Virus record (IMG/VR): IMGVR_UViG_3300017747_003012
Location: 1 to 28,871 of that record
Origin: a virus
Lineage: Duplodnaviria > Caudoviricetes
Reading direction: 5' to 3' (one strand)
DNA: 28,871 nucleotides
Shown: positions 16,670 to 24,458 of the stretch, in pieces
How the letters are laid out: each line of letters begins with the position of its first letter
How positions within the stretch are numbered: position 1 is the stretch's first letter
Notes under the pieces: model-generated
Database searches by the model: none
What the model was told of the DNA's origin: nothing
The model's input: only the letters and a program-made list of their open reading frames with translations
Made by a program: the position numbers and the translations under genes

Positions 16670-17283
16670 GCGGCCTCCGCTTTTTGCAGGTCGCCCCATT
16701 GGTCTGCCATCGCTGCGGCTATGCCGGGATAGAACCTGCTGCGCTCTTTCCATCTGGTCGGGCTGGGCGGCATCCGGTGAATGCGGGCCTCGCGTCCTTC
16801 CACAACGTCAGTCGGCCGAAGCTTCGGAAGGTTCCGCAGCCAGAAGCAAGTCCGCTTGGTTTCCCCATGACCGAACTGCCACGGCTGCACGCTTTGCGCA
16901 GGCTCCTGATAATTGCGGATCAGCTTCTTTGCATGACCGTGCATCACTGGGTTTTCCACGCAGATGTGTGGGATGGGTGCATTCCAGAAGGTCGAGAACA
17001 GGTCTGCGCCTTCTTCAAGGTCGGACCACATCTCCTCCAGCGTCCTGCCGGGCGGAGGCTGCACAAGCCACCTGACCCCGGAATTGCACAGCCTGGTGCA
17101 TGGCGGGTGAGCGACGATCAGCATATCCCAGCCATCGTTCAGGATAGCCCGCGCGTCCCCGATGATGTGGCGGTTGGACGGCGGGTCGCCGGGCAGCAGA
17201 TCGCAGGACCAGGCATCATGGCCGCGCTCAAGGAAGGCGTCCCGGGCAGTCCCCGAAAATTCGCAAGCCACAAGCACCCTCAC
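16666..17283 (-). CDS. Compact phage DNA cytosine methyltransferase-like protein
   Basis: VLVACEFSG, SCDL, AHPPC (catalytic PC), ENP, KRTCFW. Confidence 0.8.
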   Translation of the reverse strand: MRVLVACEFSGTARDAFLERGHDAWSCDLLPGDPPSNRHIIGDARAILNDGWDMLIVAHPPCTRLCNSGVRWLVQPPPGRTLEEMWSDLEEGADLFSTFWNAPIPHICVENPVMHGHAKKLIRNYQEPAQSVQPWQFGHGETKRTCFWLRNLPKLRPTDVVEGREARIHRMPPSPTRWKERSRFYPGIAAAMADQWGDLQKAEAA

Positions 17284-17450
17284 TCCCCACCCCCTGCCGC
17301 AGCGCGAATGGCTTTGAGCACCGCTTCTATTCCCGCCTCTACAGTCTCAATTTCACTTGCGTCTGGGTTTACGGCCAGAAGCCGCAATCGCCCTTCGCGG
17401 TAGACTTTCGCCATCGCTTTCACTTCATCTGTAAGTTGTTCCGGCGTCAT
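17280..17450 (-). CDS. Hypothetical protein
   Basis: GGAG RBS; 4-nt overlaps on both sides. Confidence 0.6.
   Translation of the reverse strand: MTPEQLTDEVKAMAKVYREGRLRLLAVNPDASEIETVEAGIEAVLKAIRAAAGGGE
17290..17313. repeat. 24-bp direct repeat, copy 1
   Basis: CCCCCTGCCGCAGCGCGAATGGCT, identical at 18296-18319. Confidence 0.9.
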
Positions 17451-18124
17451 CTCAACTCCAGCTGTTCGTGGGGTACGGGTTGATAGCGGGCGGGGCATTG
17501 GACCTTGTCCCACCTCTCGGCCATTTGCAGGGCTGTCAGGTCGCGAGATTTGTGATTGCGGGCAACGTCCGTGCTATCGACGCTACCAAAGGGCCAACGC
17601 TCGCCACTGAGCTGCATTCCCCGCAGCATGTGGATGTTGGGCGTGAAGCGGTGGTGCTTGTTCAACTCGGTCCACGCTTCGTCCATCCGGCGCTGCCAGA
17701 TTTCGGACATGACCACCCAGTATTCTGCAGTCGACCCGATGCACACGCGCGGCCATTGCTCCGTCAGCCTCACAAGCCTGTGTATCGGCTCATCCATGTG
17801 CCAGACAGGCGCGCCCCGGTGACCGTGCGGCCACTCACGAATCAGCGCGTCCTGCTCCTGACTGCCAGCGTCGATAACGTCGGGGATCACGGCCCACGCC
17901 CCTGGGTACAGCCACTCCTCGCAAAATGCGTAATACGAGTTCCAATCCGTCTTGTACCCGCGCTTGAATTTGCTGAACGCCCCGTTATCGAGCATGAATG
18001 AAGAGGCAATGGCTGCGACCCGACGCATGTCATCGGGCCGCGCATGGCTAACGCAGAAGTTCCTGCCGGCCAATTCGTAGAGTGCCGAGATTGGTGTGAT
18101 GGGTGTGCCATGATAGTGGATCAC
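17447..18124 (-). CDS. TGT-fold / DpdA-like transglycosylase-related protein
   Basis: IHYHGTPITP start, MLDNGAFS, IPDVI, PVWH, VCIGS, IHMLRG, SVDST; GTG start in GTGA overlap. Confidence 0.6.
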   Translation of the reverse strand: MIHYHGTPITPISALYELAGRNFCVSHARPDDMRRVAAIASSFMLDNGAFSKFKRGYKTDWNSYYAFCEEWLYPGAWAVIPDVIDAGSQEQDALIREWPHGHRGAPVWHMDEPIHRLVRLTEQWPRVCIGSTAEYWVVMSEIWQRRMDEAWTELNKHHRFTPNIHMLRGMQLSGERWPFGSVDSTDVARNHKSRDLTALQMAERWDKVQCPARYQPVPHEQLELR

Positions 18125-18288
18125 AAATGTCCCCACCGCTTGCCGGTGCGGATCGCCCACACCGTGTAGATGCTCACATCGTAACGCGCGGCGAGAACCA
18201 GGAGCGGCTCACGGCTGCGCTTGATCTCGCGCGCCTGCTCCTCCGTCAGCTTGGCGCTGATGTTTTGCTCGCCTGCCAATGCGGTCAT
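18121..18288 (-). CDS. 55-aa HTH protein resembling the C-terminal DNA-binding domain of phage HNH endonucleases (not in ORF track)
   Basis: GEQNISAKLTEEQAREIK...LAARYDVSIYTVWAIRTGKRWGHL. Confidence 0.75.
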   Translation of the reverse strand: MTALAGEQNISAKLTEEQAREIKRSREPLLVLAARYDVSIYTVWAIRTGKRWGHL

Positions 18289-18295
18289 CTATTCC

Positions 18296-18319
18296 CCCCC
18301 TGCCGCAGCGCGAATGGCT
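18296..18319. repeat. 24-bp direct repeat, copy 2, inside a 16-aa minigene at 18289-18339
   Basis: Identical to 17290-17313; both copies encode AIRAAAGG. Confidence 0.9.
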
Positions 18320-18335
18320 GATACGATGTCACTGC

Positions 18336-18539
18336 TCATTCGCTGCCCTCCGAAAGAACCTGATACAAATACCAAACGAAAAGCACGGGCCAGAAGACGA
18401 CCGTGACAACCGCCGCTGCAAGGCCCGCTAGCGAAATCATCTCCGCTTTGTCTTGCTCCGGGACATCCCACAGCGCCCAGACGAGCGTCACAAGGGCCAA
18501 TGGCATTCCGGCTAGGTAGAGTGTGAGAAGGATGGTCAT
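18336..18539 (-). CDS. Small two-TM membrane protein
   Basis: Two hydrophobic helices, FWP motif; ATGA overlaps. Confidence 0.65.
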   Translation of the reverse strand: MTILLTLYLAGMPLALVTLVWALWDVPEQDKAEMISLAGLAAAVVTVVFWPVLFVWYLYQVLSEGSE

Positions 18540-18784
18540 GGGATCAGCCTCTCATCCCAGGCCCACGGGGATAGATTCTGCGCCCGCTCTTTCCAGAACT
18601 TGCCAGCCGGTCCGCACCCGCCATAGATGCCAGCAATAATGCTGCGCTCTGCCCTGCATTGCAGGGGGACGATCTGCGGGCCTTCCACGACGCTCTCAAC
18701 AACCTTGCGAACACAAAGGTTCATCTGTCCCATTTCGTTCCTGCGCCCCCAGTGGCATGTGCGGCAATATCGTTTGTCGGTCAT
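18536..18784 (-). CDS. Cys-rich hypothetical protein
   Basis: CRTCHW...C...CRAER...CGPAGKFW. Confidence 0.65.
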   Translation of the reverse strand: MTDKRYCRTCHWGRRNEMGQMNLCVRKVVESVVEGPQIVPLQCRAERSIIAGIYGGCGPAGKFWKERAQNLSPWAWDERLIP

Positions 18785-19116
18785 GTCGCGCTCCTCGCTG
18801 TGAACCGCTCGTCGGCCCGATCCTGGCTCTGCTCCCAGAACCGCATTCGCTCAAACTCCACCGCGATCTTGGCCCGGTTGGCTTCGGTGCGCGCACGGAC
18901 CATGCGGTCGATGTACTGCTGCCAGTCATCGCTTCCTTTGACCCGCGCTTCAGCTTTCGCCATTGAGTAGGCGGGGAAGTCGCGCAGCAGTTCGTTGACC
19001 TTCTGGCTGAACACCGCTGTCTTGCTTTCCTCAAGCATACGAGCGGCGCTGTCCAAGTCGGTCCAGCGGCTTGCTGCTTCGCGGTACAGTTCACTCTGGG
19101 GGCGGCGGTTGCTCAC
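18781..19116 (-). CDS. Helical hypothetical phage protein in the recombination module
   Basis: GTGA-coupled start at 19116 with GGAGG RBS. Confidence 0.65.
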   Translation of the reverse strand: MSNRRPQSELYREAASRWTDLDSAARMLEESKTAVFSQKVNELLRDFPAYSMAKAEARVKGSDDWQQYIDRMVRARTEANRAKIAVEFERMRFWEQSQDRADERFTARSAT

Positions 19117-19316
19117 TTGCTGCCCTCCGCTCGCTTTGTGTATTGCCACGTCAGGGCAAGATGGACTGCGCCATCCTTGTCCATCTGATGATGCTCGCTG
19201 ACCCATTCGGCCACAGCGGCGATCGCGGCGCGTGAGGCTCTCGGGTAAGACACTGTCCCACCGTCGAGGTGGTCGGCGATCGCCGCCGCCACCTTCTCAA
19301 CAAGGTCGCCGCTCAT
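19113..19316 (-). CDS. Hypothetical protein
   Basis: DLVEKVAAAI...RAAIAA pattern; coupled. Confidence 0.6.
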   Translation of the reverse strand: MSGDLVEKVAAAIADHLDGGTVSYPRASRAAIAAVAEWVSEHHQMDKDGAVHLALTWQYTKRAEGSK

Positions 19317-19936
19317 TCAGCCGCCCCTCTCATCAACGCCTTGCGCGTTTCCAGAATGGCCCCCGACACCTGTCGCGAGCCTTCGTCGTACACATCGCGC
19401 AGCCGCTCAAGCTTCGTCTTGTTTGCTTCGACCCAGGCATTCAGCGAGGTGGCGTCTGTAAGCGTGCCGATGGCCTTGATGGCTTCGTCAACGTAGGACT
19501 TGGCGGCTGCGGTCTTGTCTTCTGCCTTCGGGGCGGGACGCGCTGGCGGCTCATAGTTGCCACGTTGGCTGGCGGCGTTGCCATCGTCGTCCTCATCAGC
19601 CACAACGCCGACCATTGCCGCAAGGCTATAGCGACGAGCGTATGTAAGCGCCGAACCGTAGCCCTGCGGGGTCTGCTGCTGCGGTCGCAGCGGATAGCGG
19701 CCTGAGATGCTTTCGCCTGATGCGTGAAGCAGCATGGTTTCAAGCCAGACTTCGTCGCCCTGAAAGTTCGGGATCTGGACGACGCTAAGGCCGTTCTTGG
19801 TCAGAGCTGTGCGGCAAGCATCCCAAACGCTTGTCAGGTCGGCATAGCTCGACTTGAAATGCGGGTTCTTGCTGTCCTTAAGCGCAGCCTTAATTTCAGC
19901 CTGCGCCTTCGCCATTGCGGTCGCGAGTTCCTTCAT
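19313..19936 (-). CDS. erf: ERF-family single-strand annealing protein
   Basis: KNPHFKSSYADL, QGYGSALTYARRYSL, DEDDDGN. Confidence 0.95.
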   Translation of the reverse strand: MKELATAMAKAQAEIKAALKDSKNPHFKSSYADLTSVWDACRTALTKNGLSVVQIPNFQGDEVWLETMLLHASGESISGRYPLRPQQQTPQGYGSALTYARRYSLAAMVGVVADEDDDGNAASQRGNYEPPARPAPKAEDKTAAAKSYVDEAIKAIGTLTDATSLNAWVEANKTKLERLRDVYDEGSRQVSGAILETRKALMRGAAE

Positions 19937-20310
19937 GATCTTCTCTCCACTTGTCCGTTGAATTTCTTGCGAAGCGTTTTGTCGAAGCCCCGGCTCTTGA
20001 TGGTGCCTGGCTGGTTGGGCTGGCTGTGTTTCGTCGCAAGGCGCTTGGCCTTTGCTATTTTGTGAATGTCGCCACCTGCTACCGTGGCCTTATTGCCGTT
20101 GGTTTTCTTGACGGCGCATTCCTTGTGAACCCACCGCAAGTTTGTTTCGTCGCTGGCCCCACCCAGCTCATGCGGGACCATGTGTTCGAGAATGCGGTCA
20201 TCCATCGCCGCCAGTTCTGTGTGGCAGATCGGGCAGCGGATCGCCCCATGCTCTGCCTGACTGATGGCAACATTGACCATAACGCGGTGCGGTATATTGG
20301 GGCGCTTCAT
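19933..20310 (-). CDS. HNH endonuclease
   Basis: CPIC, EHMVPHELGGASDETNLRWVHKEC. Confidence 0.85.
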   Translation of the reverse strand: MKRPNIPHRVMVNVAISQAEHGAIRCPICHTELAAMDDRILEHMVPHELGGASDETNLRWVHKECAVKKTNGNKATVAGGDIHKIAKAKRLATKHSQPNQPGTIKSRGFDKTLRKKFNGQVERRS

Positions 20311-20711
20311 TGGTCAGCACTCCGCAGCGCCTTCATGCCGGCCTTGAACTGCTTCTGCGTCAGGCCGCGCTCCTGCATCTTTGCGCCAAGCGCCGACCAC
20401 AATGCATCTGGGCACATAAGCGCTATTCTACGCGCTACATGCTTCTCGTAGGGCTGGGCTTTCTTGGCGTTGAACCAGTGCCAATAGTTGCAAGTGGCCT
20501 CGCTTTCCTTATGACAGGCGGCGCAGAGGATGTGCAGGTTCTCAGCGGTGTCCTTGCCCCCCCTGTGACGCGGCACAATGTGCGCGCGCTCTAGGTGATA
20601 GTGGTCGCCACAGGCAAAGCAGAAGTCTTCAGCCTCGCCCCAAATCTTTGGGTGCTTGCCTTCCCAATGGTCGGCAATCTCGCGCCTGGATGGCAATCTT
20701 AGGCGGCTCAC
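20307..20711 (-). CDS. HNH endonuclease
   Basis: CFACG, ERAHIVPRHRGGKDTAENLHILCAACH. Confidence 0.9.
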   Translation of the reverse strand: MSRLRLPSRREIADHWEGKHPKIWGEAEDFCFACGDHYHLERAHIVPRHRGGKDTAENLHILCAACHKESEATCNYWHWFNAKKAQPYEKHVARRIALMCPDALWSALGAKMQERGLTQKQFKAGMKALRSADQ

Positions 20712-20926
20712 TTGCACGCCTCCCGAATGCCGATCATCGCATCGACCAAAAATGACGCAGTTTTGAGCCGCGTCATAATCTCAAACAGGTCCGCGTTTGT
20801 TGGGTTGCCATGCAACAGCCCGACGCAAGCGCCGAGTTCCTGGCGTATGTCCGACTTGCATGTTTCTTCAGCCAAAAACTGGGACATGCGAGGCGACGAG
20901 GGGAATTGCCGAACGTTGCTGGTCAT
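20708..20926 (-). CDS. Hypothetical protein
   Basis: Coupled within the early operon. Confidence 0.6.
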   Translation of the reverse strand: MTSNVRQFPSSPRMSQFLAEETCKSDIRQELGACVGLLHGNPTNADLFEIMTRLKTASFLVDAMIGIREACK

Positions 20927-21159
20927 AGCTTGCCCCCGCCAAACTCAAAGCTTTCAATCAGGTGCATCATGCAGAGCGGGCCTGTTGCCGTCTGACGATG
21001 CCTGCAGCCTTCCAAGGCACAGAACGGGCGGCTGAGATATTCAGCCCGTGCCCGCTCGCGTCGGATGCCTGCCTTGCGGCTCGTGAGTTCACGTGCGGTG
21101 TCGTCGCAAGCGTCACCTTCCACATCAAAACGGCTGGCTGTGGGGTCGATCCAGCTCAT
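20923..21159 (-). CDS. Hypothetical protein with C-terminal Cys/His cluster
   Basis: ATGA-coupled start at 21159; CALEGC...LCMMH. Confidence 0.55.
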   Translation of the reverse strand: MSWIDPTASRFDVEGDACDDTARELTSRKAGIRRERARAEYLSRPFCALEGCRHRQTATGPLCMMHLIESFEFGGGKL

Positions 21160-21356
21160 ACCAGCGACCCCTTCACGAGTTCGCGCAGGGCGTCTTCGTA
21201 CTTGACTTGCGTCAAGATCATCGCCCGCCACAGAGCGTCTTTGTAAACACCGTGTTCGGCGCGCTTATGTGCGCGGTCGAGGTCGTCCAGCTCTTTGCGC
21301 ATTGCGACCAAGAACGGGTCAGTTGCCGCTGCTTCGGCTTGTTCGATGAGGCTCAT
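21156..21356 (-). CDS. Hypothetical protein
   Basis: GAGGT RBS; ATGA overlaps. Confidence 0.6.
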   Translation of the reverse strand: MSLIEQAEAAATDPFLVAMRKELDDLDRAHKRAEHGVYKDALWRAMILTQVKYEDALRELVKGSLV

Positions 21357-21526
21357 CGCGACACCTCGACGTAGTAACCAGCCTTCAGGTGATGCCGCGT
21401 CTCGACATCACAAGCTGAGCGGATCTTCACGGCGCTGTCGTATCGTCCCAAGTTGAACGAGACGAGCATGCAGCCAAAGACGATGGCTGAAGCCACCGCT
21501 ACGGCTGATACGTTGAATGGGGTCAT
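21353..21526 (-). CDS. 57-aa first gene of the early left operon with N-terminal TM (not in ORF track)
   Basis: AAGGAGG RBS; MTPFNVSAVAVASAIVFGCMLVSFNLGRYD. Confidence 0.7.
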   Translation of the reverse strand: MTPFNVSAVAVASAIVFGCMLVSFNLGRYDSAVKIRSACDVETRHHLKAGYYVEVSR

Positions 21527-21552
21527 GTGTGGTTCCTCCTTGGTATGGAGGA

Positions 21553-21624
21553 TATGTAGCCAGTTTGGCTACTTGTGTCAACCATGGGTCGACAGTTTGG
21601 CTACGATGTAGACAAAGTGTGACA
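21553..21624 (-). promoter_or_regulatory. PL-like promoter with OL operators
   Basis: Minus-strand TTGACA (21576-21581)-N17-TACATA; operators GTAGCCAGTTTGGCTAC (21556-21572), GTCGACAGTTTGGCTAC (21588-21604), weak third site near 21608. Confidence 0.8.
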
Positions 21625-21663
21625 GCCGTCACACTTCACGGCGAGGGCACCGAGTCGGACTGT

Positions 21664-22353
21664 TTAAATTCCCATCAGTTCCTTGTTGCGCATCAGGGGC
21701 GAGATGCGCAGGACCTTGGCTAGCGGTATTTCGATCTTTGCTGGCGGGTTAAACTGTTTCAGGACCAGCTTAGTCGGGGTCTGGCTGTCGAGGCGCTTGA
21801 TGTAGGCCGGGCCAGGTTCGCCACCTGTCAGGGGCTTCAGTTCGACTAGTACGTCATCACCCGGCTTGGCGGGGCGGGAGGGGTTAACGTATATCAACTC
21901 CCCATTGTCCAGACGCGGCTCCATGCTATCTCCGCGCAGGAAGACACAGAACACACTGCGGTTGCGCAAGACGCCTGGTGGACGCCTCACATAGTCAACA
22001 ACTTGGCCGTTTAGGCTAAAGTCGCCGTGATTGCCGCCGACCGCCGTGCCATATACAGGCACGTCTAATGGCAGGCTGGTGATAGACCCCATTGCCGGGC
22101 CTGCCTCCACGTTACTTTCCAGCCCGTGCGTATCTGCCAACTTTGCCAGCACAGTCTGCTCGCCCGGCGTCTTTAGCAACTCGCCCGGATCGACACCGTA
22201 GAAAGTCGCCAACCGCTCCAGCCACTGGACCGACAGTTTCCTGTCGCCTTTTTCCAGTTTTGAAATCTGCGTCTTGTCGGACCCGATGGCTGATCCGACC
22301 TGTTCCAGCGTCAGGCCGCGAGCCTCACGCCACTGTCTGAGGAAATTGGTCAT
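21664..22353 (-). CDS. cI: CI-like repressor (XRE HTH + S24 peptidase)
   Basis: LRQWREARGLTLEQVG...ISKLEKG; GDSMEP (Ser) and YIKRL (Lys). Confidence 0.95.
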   Translation of the reverse strand: MTNFLRQWREARGLTLEQVGSAIGSDKTQISKLEKGDRKLSVQWLERLATFYGVDPGELLKTPGEQTVLAKLADTHGLESNVEAGPAMGSITSLPLDVPVYGTAVGGNHGDFSLNGQVVDYVRRPPGVLRNRSVFCVFLRGDSMEPRLDNGELIYVNPSRPAKPGDDVLVELKPLTGGEPGPAYIKRLDSQTPTKLVLKQFNPPAKIEIPLAKVLRISPLMRNKELMGI

Positions 22354-22447
22354 TCCCCCATGTTGCCACTGCGAAATAAGGCAGTCAGTCGCCATTATGG
22401 CAACCAAGTGTTGACATCAGGTAGCCATTTTGGCTACAACAGTCACC
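22354..22447. promoter_or_regulatory. PR/PRM divergent promoters with OR operators
   Basis: GTCGCCATTATGGCAAC (22388-22404), GTAGCCATTTTGGCTAC (22421-22437), half-site GTTGCCA (22362-22368); TTGACA at 22411-22416. Confidence 0.85.
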
Positions 22448-22687
22448 ATGACACTCGATCAATGGATGAAAGCAAATGGTTTCAGCGACACCAAAGTCGC
22501 TGAGTTGACGGACTTGCACCGGACAACGGTCTGGAAGCTGCGCAAAGGACTGCGCAAGCCGGAACCGTGGGTCATGGACAAGTTGGTGAATGTTTCTCAC
22601 GGCGCGATCACCCGCCAGGCGCTGCGGCCCGACCTCTATCCAGAAGTCTGCAAAGCCGCCGCTCACACAATTCAAGCGACGCAATAA
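22448..22687 (+). CDS. cro: Cro/YdaS-like HTH regulator
   Basis: HTH with terminal LRPDLY motif; divergent from cI. Confidence 0.85.
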   Translation: MTLDQWMKANGFSDTKVAELTDLHRTTVWKLRKGLRKPEPWVMDKLVNVSHGAITRQALRPDLYPEVCKAAAHTIQATQ

Positions 22688-22696
22688 GGGGGACAT

Positions 22697-23149
22697 ATGA
22701 AAGCCTACAGCACTGACATCAATGTGAATGACGCGGTTACCGTTGATACTGTGACGGTCGGGCCATGTGGTGCCAGCGAGCCTCGCGAACCATATGCGAT
22801 GGAACCCGCGCAAACCAAGCGCGCCCACATCAAGGCGCTCATTGCCAAAGCCGCCCAGGACAACGGCGTTTCTTACGACGCAGTCATGTCTCGCGCCCGT
22901 CCCCGTGACGTGTGCCGCGCAAGGTTCGCAGCCATCACTGCCGTGGCTCGCGCCTACCCAGACATGAGCTTTCCGCGTCTCGGCAGGATCTTCAACCGCG
23001 ACCACAGTTCAATAGTCCACGCCCTGATAGTGAGCGGTGTTCCGCCCCGGTCTGGACGTGTCGACCAATACAAAAAATTCGCCGCCGCAATGAAGTGGCG
23101 AGTGGTGGGAACTGCAACAGAAGGAGGCACTACCAATGGCAACTCTTAA
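22697..23149 (+). CDS. DnaA C-terminal (domain IV)-like HTH protein
   Basis: VMSRARPRDVCRARFAA...MSFPRLGRIFNRDHSSIVHA. Confidence 0.85.
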   Translation: MKAYSTDINVNDAVTVDTVTVGPCGASEPREPYAMEPAQTKRAHIKALIAKAAQDNGVSYDAVMSRARPRDVCRARFAAITAVARAYPDMSFPRLGRIFNRDHSSIVHALIVSGVPPRSGRVDQYKKFAAAMKWRVVGTATEGGTTNGNS

Positions 23150-23450
23150 AGAGCACTGGGACCGGCTTTTTGGCCCGGCAGCAGAAGCGCAGGACTTTAC
23201 GTCAACCACGCTGAACGCCTTGTTTGATGAGGTCGAACAGGACCCAAGGGCAGGGCTGGGCAACTTGTCGAAGCGGGCAATCCTCATCGACAAGATCATT
23301 TCGCAGCACCGCATCGTGGTTGCCCAATATCGGCAGATCACACCCAAGAAGCCTGCGCCGGCAGTCCCCGGCGATGTCGCGACCGGCATCGAACTGGGCA
23401 CACCCATCCAGCTTGCAGCCGCTCAGGCAGCGAAGAAGGCGGGCATGTAG
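23136..23450 (+). CDS. Hypothetical protein
   Basis: AAGGAGG RBS. Confidence 0.7.
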   Translation: MATLKEHWDRLFGPAAEAQDFTSTTLNALFDEVEQDPRAGLGNLSKRAILIDKIISQHRIVVAQYRQITPKKPAPAVPGDVATGIELGTPIQLAAAQAAKKAGM

Positions 23451-23493
23451 AGGCACTGCCTCGCGCCTAACCTCCCCTGGCGCGGGGTCAACT

Positions 23494-23523
23494 GGGGTGG
23501 GCTTCGGCTCACCCCCTTTCTCT
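23494..23523 (+). terminator. Terminator-like hairpin with UUCG tetraloop
   Basis: GGGGTGGGC-TTCG-GCTCACCCC followed by CTTTCTCT. Confidence 0.65.
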
Positions 23524-23531
23524 GGTGACAC

Positions 23532-23894
23532 ATGTTTACAAGCGTCCTCCTCGACATGCCGCCAAGCGCCAACAAGATGTGGCGTAAGGGTCCATTCGGG
23601 ATGCACCCATCAGCGGAATACAAGGGCTGGAAGAACAGCGCCGCGATGGAAGTCATGGCCGCTCGTCGGGGTCAGACCTTTGATGAGCCGGTAGAGATCG
23701 TCCTCATCATCAAGCGCGCGCACAAACTGCGTGACCTCGACAACCAGATCAAGCCTGTCCTCGACGCTTTGCAGATGGGCCAAGCAATCACAGACGACAA
23801 CCTAGTGCATCGCCTTCACGTCCGCTGGGCGTTCGAAAGCGATTTGCCATCCCTCAACAACCGCGACGTTCGCGTCGAAATCAGGAGCGCATAA
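23532..23894 (+). CDS. rusA: RusA-family Holliday junction resolvase
   Basis: PPSANKMWR, RDLDNQIKPVLDAL, DDNLV. Confidence 0.93.
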   Translation: MFTSVLLDMPPSANKMWRKGPFGMHPSAEYKGWKNSAAMEVMAARRGQTFDEPVEIVLIIKRAHKLRDLDNQIKPVLDALQMGQAITDDNLVHRLHVRWAFESDLPSLNNRDVRVEIRSA

Positions 23895-24176
23895 ATGGGC
23901 GGCACCCAATCAATGTTACCTACCCGCATGTGGACAGCGTCCAGAGAGGACAGCGAGTTCCTTGCAATGAAAATACGCAACTATTGGTTTGCTCGCGGCT
24001 ACAGCGTGAAGACCGAGGTGTTCGGCCTGTCAGAGCTTGGCGAGTCCTACCCAAGCGGCAGTCATATCTACAGCGTGCGCAGCAACATGCTGAACGGCTA
24101 TCCGAACCGTGACCCCAACGCCCCCGTAGTAGCCCAAGCCAAGCAGACTTCGCGCCACTCAATGGTGCGCGCATGA
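23895..24176 (+). CDS. Hypothetical protein
   Basis: IRNYW..RGY.V and VRSNMLNGYP motifs. Confidence 0.65.
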   Translation: MGGTQSMLPTRMWTASREDSEFLAMKIRNYWFARGYSVKTEVFGLSELGESYPSGSHIYSVRSNMLNGYPNRDPNAPVVAQAKQTSRHSMVRA

Positions 24177-24457
24177 AGGACCTTACCGCACTACTCATGG
24201 GCGACCCTGGCACTCACCCGCGCCGTCAGCCAACCGAAGCCGAGAAGGCCCGCTGGCAGCAGCTAGGCGCAACCCGCATCGACCCCGGACAGGGCAGAGG
24301 CTGGAGCGAACTGCGCTTGTGGAAGATTGGCGAGGTCAGAACCTTCCAGACCTTCCGTGAGGCCAAGGCCAAGGTGTCCGGGCTTTACGTCAAGGGCATG
24401 TGCGGAAGCATCCGTACCAAGCCTGACGGCACTTACACCGTGACTAGGATGCACTGA
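24173..24457 (+). CDS. Hypothetical protein
   Basis: ATGA overlap; DLTALLMGDP. Confidence 0.6.
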   Translation: MKDLTALLMGDPGTHPRRQPTEAEKARWQQLGATRIDPGQGRGWSELRLWKIGEVRTFQTFREAKAKVSGLYVKGMCGSIRTKPDGTYTVTRMH

Positions 24458-24458
24458 G

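Noticed and set aside
15447-18001. Long plus-strand ORFs (230, 239 and 177 aa) opposite int, the MTase and the TGT-like gene
   Set aside because: Antisense shadows typical of GC-rich coding DNA; no motifs or RBS
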